24,000 nucleotides of DNA, taken from the NCBI GenBank assembly GCA_934699705.1, contig CAKUXD010000012.1:22683-46682 (forward strand). Direction: 5' to 3'. Position 1 is the stretch's first letter. The number at the start of each line of letters is the position of its first letter. The position numbers were made by a program, and so were the translations under genes. Positions 17,074-24,000 of the stretch are shown here, piece after piece. This stretch comes from an uncultured Candidatus Melainabacteria bacterium (lineage in GTDB: Bacteria; Cyanobacteriota; Vampirovibrionia; Gastranaerophilales; Gastranaerophilaceae). The notes beneath the pieces are model-generated. The model ran no database searches and was not told the DNA's origin. It saw only the letters and a program-made list of their open reading frames with translations.

Positions 17074-17730
17074 ATGGAAGAACTAATTAAGAATTTAGAA
17101 GAGTGTATTTTGTTTAAGAATATAGAAAATTCTCAAATTTTGCCCTTGTTAAACTGTTTAGAATATAAAATTAAGGAATATAAAAAAAATCAATTAGTTT
17201 TTCAAAATGGCTGTAAAACTAACAAAGGCGGAATTGTATTAAATGGAGCATTGCAAATTGTTCAATATGATTACTTTGGCAATCGTTCAATTTTATCAAG
17301 AATTGAAGAAAATCAACTATTTGGAATTTCCTACTCTTTATGTAATTTAGCATTACCAATATGCATTGAAGCTTCAACAGAAAGTGTGATTTTATTTATA
17401 AATGCAAATAAAATTACAACTCCTTGCAAAAAATTATGTCAAAATCACATAGTTTTAATGAATAATCTTTTAAACATTTTAGCAAGAAAAAATGTAAATC
17501 TTAATCAAAAAATAGAATGTTTATCTAAAAGAACAACAAGAGAAAAAATTCTAAATTATCTTACACAAAAATCAATTGAAAATAATTCAAAAACTTTTAA
17601 TATCCCCCATGATAGGCAAGGTTTGGCAGATTATTTATGCGTGGAAAGATCGGCGATGTCTGCTGAAATCACTAAACTTCAAAAAGAGGGGCTTATAAAG
17701 ACTAGAAAAAATTATTTTGAAATTTACTAA
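17074..17730 (+). CDS. Crp/Fnr-family transcriptional regulator divergent from hcp
   Basis: cNMP-like beta-roll (NQLVFQNGCKTNKGGIVLNGALQIVQYDYFGNRSIL) and C-terminal HTH (IPHDRQGLADYLCVERSAMSAEITKLQKEGLIKTRKN). ORF opens at 17047, but ATG 17074 follows gaaAGGtaaa. Confidence 0.87.
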   Translation: MEELIKNLEECILFKNIENSQILPLLNCLEYKIKEYKKNQLVFQNGCKTNKGGIVLNGALQIVQYDYFGNRSILSRIEENQLFGISYSLCNLALPICIEASTESVILFINANKITTPCKKLCQNHIVLMNNLLNILARKNVNLNQKIECLSKRTTREKILNYLTQKSIENNSKTFNIPHDRQGLADYLCVERSAMSAEITKLQKEGLIKTRKNYFEIY

Positions 17731-17839
17731 ATTATATTTTATAAATAGACCATACATTGGAATATCTAGTGTTGTGCTTGTCTTGTTAACTATAAAATAT
17801 AAGTTTTCTGTGTTATAATTTTTATAGTGAAGGTATTGT

Positions 17840-18808
17840 ATGTCTTTTTTTATACAAAAAAATATTAAAAATTTAAAATACAAGTTTATAAAATTTTATG
17901 CTTATAAAAGTGTTAAATTAAGATCTTTTTTGCTTAAATTAAAAGGTGAAAAAAGACTTGCAGAACGTTATAAGTCGTATTCTCATGAAAAATTATGTTC
18001 ATACAAATTAAAAAATACAAAATGGGGCTGTTCTTATTCTGTTTTTGATGGTGTAGAACTCTTAGAACGCAGTCTAAAATCAATTCGTGGGGCTTGTAAT
18101 TATATCAATGTTGTATATTCTGACGTATCTTGGTATGGTAAAAAGTCAGATGAACCGATATTACCAGTTTTAGAAGATTTAAAAGAAAAAAAATTAATTG
18201 ATGAAATTATTTTTTATGAACCAGATTTGAATTTATCAGCAGGTGAAAATGAGTTGAAAAAACGTAATTTGGGGCTGAAATATGCAAAAAAAGCAGATGT
18301 CGATTACTTTATGACTATTGATGTTGATGAATTTTATTTGCAGGAAGAAATGGAAATTGCAAAAAGAAAAATAATTGCTTTGGGTATAACTCATTCCTTC
18401 TGCAACATAATTGACTACTTTGTTTTGCCTGTTTTTGCGTATAGAACATCTAAAAATTGTGTTTCTTTTTTTTCTAAGTTGAATTGGAATAGTGTTCTAA
18501 AATTAAATGAAAAAACGATTACTCTTGTTGATCCAACTCGTCAAATGAGTGATTGTTTTAAATCAAAGTATTATTTATTATTATGTGTTGAAATGCATCA
18601 TATGGCGCTTATCCGTAAAAATGTTATTTCAAAATTTAGAAATTCTTCGGCAAGCATATATTTAGAAGGATTGAATTCTCTTGATAAATTGATTAAAAAT
18701 GATTTAAAAGATGTTTTTAGGACTAATGATTTGTTTAATCTAAAAGATTTGGCTCAAAAACTTTTGCGCAAACAAACTGATACTAACTTTGATTTTGATA
18801 GTGTTTAA
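17840..18808 (+). CDS. Glycosyltransferase, family 2-like (DUF4422/Glyco_tranf_2_4-like)
   Basis: CSYSVFDGVELLERSLKSIRGACNYINVVYSDVSWYG ... ADVDYFMTIDVDEFY (DxD-like motif). Confidence 0.7.
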   Translation: MSFFIQKNIKNLKYKFIKFYAYKSVKLRSFLLKLKGEKRLAERYKSYSHEKLCSYKLKNTKWGCSYSVFDGVELLERSLKSIRGACNYINVVYSDVSWYGKKSDEPILPVLEDLKEKKLIDEIIFYEPDLNLSAGENELKKRNLGLKYAKKADVDYFMTIDVDEFYLQEEMEIAKRKIIALGITHSFCNIIDYFVLPVFAYRTSKNCVSFFSKLNWNSVLKLNEKTITLVDPTRQMSDCFKSKYYLLLCVEMHHMALIRKNVISKFRNSSASIYLEGLNSLDKLIKNDLKDVFRTNDLFNLKDLAQKLLRKQTDTNFDFDSV

Positions 18809-18811
18809 TTG

Positions 18812-19432
18812 TTATTTCAATAAAGCTAATACTGCAAAGTAGTGTAAAATTGCGCCAACAAGTACAAATAAGTGCCAAATTGAGTGCATAAATGTAATCT
18901 TTTTTAATAAGTAAAAGATACAGCCAAAAGAAAATGCAACGCCACCTGCAAGTAAATAATATACAGATACTGGATTATACGCCCACATTCTGAACATTAA
19001 GAATAGTGATAACCAGCCCATAACTAAGTACAAGGCAGTATTTAGATATTTAAATTTAAGTGTAATACAAGAAAAGACAATACCCATAACTGCTAAATAC
19101 CAGGTCATTGCAAGTAAAGCTACTGAATGAGGAAATGGCACTACTAATAATAAAATTGGAGTGTATGTTCCTGCAATTAGTAAAAATATTGCAGAATGGT
19201 CAATTTTTCTGAAAACCTTTTTTGCGGTTTCGTTTACCATTGCATGATAACATGTGGAAGATTGGAATAATAAGAACATTGTTGCGCCATATATTGCAGT
19301 AGATGCTGTTTCTGTCGGAGTATTAGAGGTTACAACAAGGATTACTAGTCCATAAATTGATAACAAAGTTCCGATTGCGTGAGAAAAAGCGTTTGCAAAT
19401 TCTTCGAGTGGTGAATATTTAATTTCTTCCAT
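18812..19432 (-). CDS. Hemolysin III / AdipoR (YqfA) family membrane protein
   Basis: NAFSHAIGTLLSIYGL, SSTCYHAMV...KKVFRKIDHSAIFLLIAGTYTPI, HSIWHLFVLVGAILHYFAV; multi-TM. Confidence 0.92.
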   Translation of the reverse strand: MEEIKYSPLEEFANAFSHAIGTLLSIYGLVILVVTSNTPTETASTAIYGATMFLLFQSSTCYHAMVNETAKKVFRKIDHSAIFLLIAGTYTPILLLVVPFPHSVALLAMTWYLAVMGIVFSCITLKFKYLNTALYLVMGWLSLFLMFRMWAYNPVSVYYLLAGGVAFSFGCIFYLLKKITFMHSIWHLFVLVGAILHYFAVLALLK

Positions 19433-19574
19433 TATAATTTTCCTTAATTTGTTTCAACCATATTATCGTATGTTTAAAAAGTCTTGTATAGAGATTTCTA
19501 ATAAAAATTTACACTATCTGATATTTAAAAAAAGTACATCTAGTCTGAATTACAAGTTGTTTTTTATAAAAAAA

Positions 19575-19604
19575 ACAGAAATTAATCAGATGATTAATTT
19601 CTGT
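19575..19604 (-). terminator. Intrinsic terminator overlapping the 3' end of the small Cys-rich ORF
   Basis: ACAGAAATTAATC agat GATTAATTTCTGT: perfect 13-bp stem, followed on the minus strand by TTTTTTT. Confidence 0.8.
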
Positions 19605-19944
19605 GAAATAACTTTTTAAAAAAGTCTTTAACTTTTTGTTTGAAAGATTTCTTTTGCTGAACCTCAGGCTGTTCCTGAACTTGAGCTTGTTCTTCAGTTG
19701 CATACTTAGGACGCTTAAAATCTTCCCATTTCTTTTTAAGTTTTTCTTGCGGAGTTAATTTAACTTCTGGACCTAAACCTGCATATTTATCAGGTTTCCA
19801 ATCTTTTGGTGGAAGAATTCCAGCATGTTTTACAAATGCATCTGAGGTTTCTTGACCTACTATGGTCGGTTGGCAACAGTGGCAATTGCAATTGCATTGC
19901 GGTTGTTGGACTAAATTATTTTTGATTGGATTAATACCTAACAT
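19594..19944 (-). CDS. Small Cys-rich protein of unknown function (CNCNCHCC motif, basic C-terminus)
   Basis: MLGINPIKNNLVQQPQCNCNCHCCQPTIVG...; own terminator hairpin at the stop codon and upstream purine-rich ggaaaaaTTA suggest a real gene. Confidence 0.65.
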   Translation of the reverse strand: MLGINPIKNNLVQQPQCNCNCHCCQPTIVGQETSDAFVKHAGILPPKDWKPDKYAGLGPEVKLTPQEKLKKKWEDFKRPKYATEEQAQVQEQPEVQQKKSFKQKVKDFFKKLFHRN

Positions 19945-20201
19945 TAATTTTTCCTTATTGTAATTACATTAATATAAGATTGCTCAAAATATTTTTTGCT
20001 AAATTTTCAAGGTTTGTTAAATTTTATTTACAATTTACTTCTCAATTTCGTACTGTGCTTGATTTTAAAAAATATTTATATTAAGATAATCCTTGTCAGA
20101 AAACTCACGTTGAATATGAATTTCCAATAGGCTTAAATGCTTTTATTTTGGCGTATTCAAATTAAATAGAATGTTAGAACTACTTTATAAGGAAGGTAAA
20201 A

Positions 20202-20864
20202 ATGTCAAACGAAGAAAAATTAGAACAAACTGAAGCAGTTGAAACAAACGAAACTGCTGAAGCTGTAGAAACAGAAGAAGTTGCTGAAGAAGCACACGAA
20301 GAATTTGAAGATGCAGCAAGAGAAAAAGGTGAAAGAAAACAACGTTCACGCCGTAAAAAAGTTGAAACAACAGAAGAAAAACCAGTTTCTGAATGGCAAG
20401 AACGTGTTGTACAAATCAGACGTGTAACAAAAGTTGTAAAAGGTGGTAAAAAATTAAGCTTCCGCGCAGTTGTTATCGTTGGTAATCAAAAAGGCCAAGT
20501 TGGCGTAGGTTGTGCAAAAGCAGCTGAAGTTATTATTGCTATTCAAAAAGCAATTGCTGATGGACGTAAAAACTTGATTAATGTGCCAATTTTTAAAACA
20601 ACTATTCCACACCCAATTACAGGTGAATCAGGCGCAGGTGCTGTAATGTTAAGACCAGCTTCACAAGGTACTGGTATTATTGCAGGTGGTGCAGTTCGTT
20701 CAGTATTAGAACTTGCAGGTATTGAAAATATTTTATCAAAATCTTTAGGTTCTAAATCACCATTAAACGCAGCAAACGCAACTTTGGACGCTTTACAAAA
20801 ATTAGCTCCATTTTCAGACGTTGCTAAAAAACGTGGTTTAACAGTTGCAGAATTATTAAATTAG
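20202..20864 (+). CDS. rpsE: 30S ribosomal protein S5 with ~60-aa Glu-rich N-terminal extension
   Basis: [38 protein letters not shown]...[27 protein letters not shown]; RBS ggaagg. Confidence 0.98.
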   Translation: MSNEEKLEQTEAVETNETAEAVETEEVAEEAHEEFEDAAREKGERKQRSRRKKVETTEEKPVSEWQERVVQIRRVTKVVKGGKKLSFRAVVIVGNQKGQVGVGCAKAAEVIIAIQKAIADGRKNLINVPIFKTTIPHPITGESGAGAVMLRPASQGTGIIAGGAVRSVLELAGIENILSKSLGSKSPLNAANATLDALQKLAPFSDVAKKRGLTVAELLN

Positions 20865-20917
20865 TCAACTGTCTTATTTTGTTATTACTTTGATTATTAT
20901 AAAAAGGAATTATAAAA

Positions 20918-21112
20918 ATGGCTAAAACACAAACTCAATTAGTAAAAATTAAATTAGTAGGAAGCTTAATCGGCGCATCTCCAAATCAAAGAAAGGTTGT
21001 TGCTGCATTAGGTTTGAAAAAATTAAACCAAATTGTTGAACATGCTCCAAGTGCAACAATTATGGGTATGGTAAACAAAGTTTCTCACTTAGTTAAAGTT
21101 GTAGAAGAATAA
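20918..21112 (+). CDS. rpmD: 50S ribosomal protein L30
   Basis: [55 protein letters not shown]. Confidence 0.97.
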   Translation: MAKTQTQLVKIKLVGSLIGASPNQRKVVAALGLKKLNQIVEHAPSATIMGMVNKVSHLVKVVEE

Positions 21113-21132
21113 TTTAGAAAGAAGGATATAAA

Positions 21133-21576
21133 ATGATTACATTAGAAGATTTAAAACCTGCTGAAGGTTCAACAAAAAAATCTAAAAGATTTGGTCGTGG
21201 TCGTGCGTCAGGTCATGGTAAAACATCTTGTCGTGGTGCAAATGGTGAAGGACAACGTGCTGGTAGAAGCTCTAAAAGAGGTTTCGAAGGTGGTCAAATG
21301 CCATCATACAGACAAATGCCTAAATTAAAAGGTTTTAAAATTATCAACAAAATAAAATATGCAGAAATCAATGTTAACGCTATTGAAAGACTTTCTTTAG
21401 AAGAAATTTCTTTAGAAACATTAAAATCTGCTAAAAAAGCTCACCCTTCAACAGAAGGTTTAAGAGTTATGGGTAATGGAGAAATCAAAAGAGCTGTTAC
21501 AGTTAAAGCATCTTATGTTACTCCATCAGCAAAAGAAAAAATTGAAGCAGCAGGCGGAAAGGTTGAATTAGTATAA
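21133..21576 (+). CDS. rplO: 50S ribosomal protein L15
   Basis: MITLEDLKPAEGSTKKSKRFGRGRASGHGKTSCRGANGEGQRAG...GFEGGQMPSYRQMPKLKGF. Confidence 0.98.
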   Translation: MITLEDLKPAEGSTKKSKRFGRGRASGHGKTSCRGANGEGQRAGRSSKRGFEGGQMPSYRQMPKLKGFKIINKIKYAEINVNAIERLSLEEISLETLKSAKKAHPSTEGLRVMGNGEIKRAVTVKASYVTPSAKEKIEAAGGKVELV

Positions 21577-22916
21577 TGCAACAAGGTAAAATGAAAATGC
21601 CAACATCTGCAGATTTAATGTCGATGTGGAATGCTTCAGGTTTAAAAAGTAAAATTATTTTTACTGTTTTGATGATTGCGGCTTTCCGTTTTGGCGCTCA
21701 ATTGCCGATTTTTGGTATTAATAATGCGATATTTTCAAACATCGCAAGTGGAAACAACTTAATTGGATTTCTTGATTTATTTTCAGGTGGTGCATTAGGT
21801 AAGGTTTCAATCTTTGCATTAGGTATTGGACCGTTCATTACAGCGTCTATCATTATGCAATTGATGGCAGTTGTTATTCCGTCATTAGAAAAACTTCAAA
21901 AAGAAGACGGCGAAGCTGGTCGTAGAAAATTATCGCAATATACAAGAATATTTACAGTATTCCTTGCCGCATTTCAAGCTATTATATTTATGGCATATTT
22001 AAACCATCTACCAGGGTCTATTATTGCTGGTATTAATCCAATTATGTTCTATATCAGTTCAATTACTACATTAACTGCAGGTTCTGTGTTAGTTATGTGG
22101 CTTTCAGAACTTATTACAGAAAAGGGCATAGGTAATGGTGGTTCGTTAATCATTTTTGTAGGTATTATTTCTGGTATTCCTATTTATGCTTCAAGAACTG
22201 CTCAAATGGTTTCACGTGATCCGTCATTGGGATTTGGTTTATTTATGTTGTTGTTAATATTCTTTGTAACAATGGTTGTAATTGTTATTATGCAAGAAGC
22301 AATAAGAAAGGTAACTATTATTAATCCAAAACGTCAAGTTGGTAACAAAGTTTATGGTGGTGTTAACACATTCATTCCATTTAAACTTAATCCAGGTGGC
22401 GTTATGCCAATTATCTTTGCGATTGCAATTTTGTTATTTCCAACAACAGCTCTAAGTATTGTCGGTCAAGCAAATTTGCCTGCCGGTTTTATAAAGGAAT
22501 CTGTTATGTGGCTAACAAAATTCTTGAGTCCAGATGGTATTCCGTATTATGTATTATATTTCTTATTGATTTTTGGTTTAACATTTTTTTATGCATCAAT
22601 TATGCCAAATATGCAACCAAAAGATATTGCAACTAATTTAAAGAAATATGGTTCTTCAATTCCGGGAATTAAACCAGGAAAGCCAACGGCAGAGGCATTA
22701 GATAAAATTTTAAGTAAAACAACTTTTATTGGTGCACTTGCTTTGGGTATAATAGCCTTAGTCCCTTCATTTGCGTCTTATGCAACAAACATAAAAACTT
22801 TACAAGGGATTGGAGCTACATCTTTAATCATCATGGTTGGGGTTGCTCTTGATTTAATAAACCAAGTTCGCTCTCACTTGCTTGCAAGAAATTATGAATC
22901 ATTCTTGAAAGAATAG
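21576..22916 (+). CDS. secY: Preprotein translocase subunit SecY
   Basis: IFTVLMIAAFRFGAQLPIFGI...GLGPFITASIIMQL-like region, GNGGSLIIFVGIISGIP, IIMQEAIRKVTI...GGVMPIIFAIAIL; ATG at 21591 after aaggt is a plausible alternative start. Confidence 0.98.
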   Translation: MQQGKMKMPTSADLMSMWNASGLKSKIIFTVLMIAAFRFGAQLPIFGINNAIFSNIASGNNLIGFLDLFSGGALGKVSIFALGIGPFITASIIMQLMAVVIPSLEKLQKEDGEAGRRKLSQYTRIFTVFLAAFQAIIFMAYLNHLPGSIIAGINPIMFYISSITTLTAGSVLVMWLSELITEKGIGNGGSLIIFVGIISGIPIYASRTAQMVSRDPSLGFGLFMLLLIFFVTMVVIVIMQEAIRKVTIINPKRQVGNKVYGGVNTFIPFKLNPGGVMPIIFAIAILLFPTTALSIVGQANLPAGFIKESVMWLTKFLSPDGIPYYVLYFLLIFGLTFFYASIMPNMQPKDIATNLKKYGSSIPGIKPGKPTAEALDKILSKTTFIGALALGIIALVPSFASYATNIKTLQGIGATSLIIMVGVALDLINQVRSHLLARNYESFLKE

Positions 22917-22921
22917 TATAT

Positions 22922-22952
22922 AAAGCGCGGAAAATTTTATTTTCCGCGCTTT
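22922..22952 (+). terminator. Intrinsic terminator after secY
   Basis: AAAGCGCGGAAAAT ttt ATTTTCCGCGCTTT followed by TTTT. Confidence 0.9.
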
Positions 22953-22969
22953 TTTAGGAAGGTTAATTA

Positions 22970-24000
22970 ATGAGAAAATTAATAAATTTATCTGCATTTG
23001 TTTTAGCAATATTGATTATAGTGTTTATGTTAATTCCAACAAAAACAGTTGATAGAAACGCTTCTGTTTATGTAGAGCACGAATGGGATACCTTAGAAAA
23101 CGTTATTTTAGGTTCTCCTAAAATGCTTGCAGTTCCGCAAATTCATAAATCAGTTTTAGGATATGGTTATATTGTAAAAAATGAAAAAATTATGAAGGAA
23201 GCTCCAGGAAAGCCTATTCAGCAAGTTAATCCTTTTGTTTTTTCAAATGTTTTAACAGAATCAGATACAGTTGCTAAAATATTAAAAGATAAATCTATTA
23301 ATATTGTAAGACTAAACCCTGAAGTGCTTGATTTAGCAGAACTTCAATATATGAAAAATGTTCAACAAGGGCACAACTTTATGTATCCAAAAGATGCAGT
23401 ATTTGTTGTTGGTAACAATGTTATAGAGTGTTCTCAACGTGTTCCAATGCGTGATAATGAACGATTTATAGTAAGACGTATTTTTAACAAAATTATGGCA
23501 GAAGACCCTTCTGTAAAATATATTGCAGTTCCTGTTCCATCACCGTCTTTTCCAGATAAAGGATTATATTTAGAGGGTAGTGATGTTTTAGTTGACGGAA
23601 ACAATGTTTATGTAGGTTGCTCAGGAAGAGGAACTTCGCCAGCTGGCGTACGTTGGTTGCAATCAGTTCTTGGGCCAAAATATAAAGTTTATAGAATAGA
23701 TTTTACTGGATTTGTACACTTAAACTCAGTTTTAACTTTAGTTAGACCTGAATTGGGAATTAAAGTTTCAGGTGCTATTACTGGTGAACTGCCAAAACCT
23801 CTTGCAAATTGGGATTTTATAGAAGTTAAACCAGAAGATGCAAAACTTTATGCTACAAGTATTTTGATTGAAGGTCCAAACAAGGTTTTAGTCGATGAAA
23901 GATTTGAATCTCTAATTGATCAATTACGTGCTAAAAATGTTGATGTAACAACGGTTTCTTTTGATGAAATTTCTGAATTTGGTGGTGGTCTAGGTAGTTT
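22970..24000 (+). CDS. Amidinotransferase/deiminase-superfamily-like protein with N-terminal membrane anchor or signal; truncated by window end
   Basis: Manual translation: MRKLINLSAFVLAILIIVFMLIPTKTVDRNASVYVEHEWDTLENVILGSPKMLAVPQIH...FVVGNNVIECSQRVPMRDNERFIVRRIF...SDVLVDGNNVYVGCSGRGTSPAGVRWLQ...EFGGGLGS; RBS aggaagg. Open to the edge, hence missing from the ORF track. Confidence 0.75.
   Translation, partial: MRKLINLSAFVLAILIIVFMLIPTKTVDRNASVYVEHEWDTLENVILGSPKMLAVPQIHKSVLGYGYIVKNEKIMKEAPGKPIQQVNPFVFSNVLTESDTVAKILKDKSINIVRLNPEVLDLAELQYMKNVQQGHNFMYPKDAVFVVGNNVIECSQRVPMRDNERFIVRRIFNKIMAEDPSVKYIAVPVPSPSFPDKGLYLEGSDVLVDGNNVYVGCSGRGTSPAGVRWLQSVLGPKYKVYRIDFTGFVHLNSVLTLVRPELGIKVSGAITGELPKPLANWDFIEVKPEDAKLYATSILIEGPNKVLVDERFESLIDQLRAKNVDVTTVSFDEISEFGGGLGS

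Noticed and set aside
19509-19703. 64-aa minus-strand ORF spanning the terminator at 19575-19604
   Set aside because: Composition reflects the AT-rich hairpin region and it overlaps the better supported Cys-rich ORF in another frame.
1-24000. Toxin-antitoxin, restriction, retron, phage or defence genes
   Set aside because: No reverse transcriptase, nuclease, methyltransferase, integrase, transposase or toxin-like motifs in any of the supplied ORFs or in the manually translated edge regions.

Overview
AT-rich bacterial chromosomal window carrying mostly housekeeping genes. The rpsE product contains '[40 protein letters not shown]', which resembles cyanobacterial-lineage S5, so a non-photosynthetic Vampirovibrionia/Gastranaerophilales-like gut genome is my inference. 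Identifiable genes are: a DUF512-type radical SAM/PDZ protein, a PadR regulator, uppS, rdgB/HAM1, prs, an exported alpha/beta hydrolase, a MgtE_N/FliG-like helical-repeat protein, a PncC/CinA-C protein, a very large GH13-like protein, a motA-motB-fliL-fliM-fliN motor/switch cluster, tRNA-Met(CAT), class I-like hcp with a divergent Crp/Fnr regulator, a glycosyltransferase, a HlyIII/AdipoR family protein, a small Cys-rich protein, rpsE-rpmD-rplO-secY, and the 5' part of a membrane-anchored amidinotransferase-like gene. The most unusual feature is directly downstream of the tRNA (14882-15292). Three further copies of the tRNA 3' end (T-arm plus acceptor 3' strand plus T-run) occur at about 124/128/124-bp spacing. 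They are embedded in two 159-bp units that are 96% identical and contain a 27-bp palindrome showing a compensatory A-T to G-C change. A diverged hairpin unit lies between them. This resembles the tyrT-distal (rtT) repeats of E. coli in layout, or alternatively nested attachment-site remnants.
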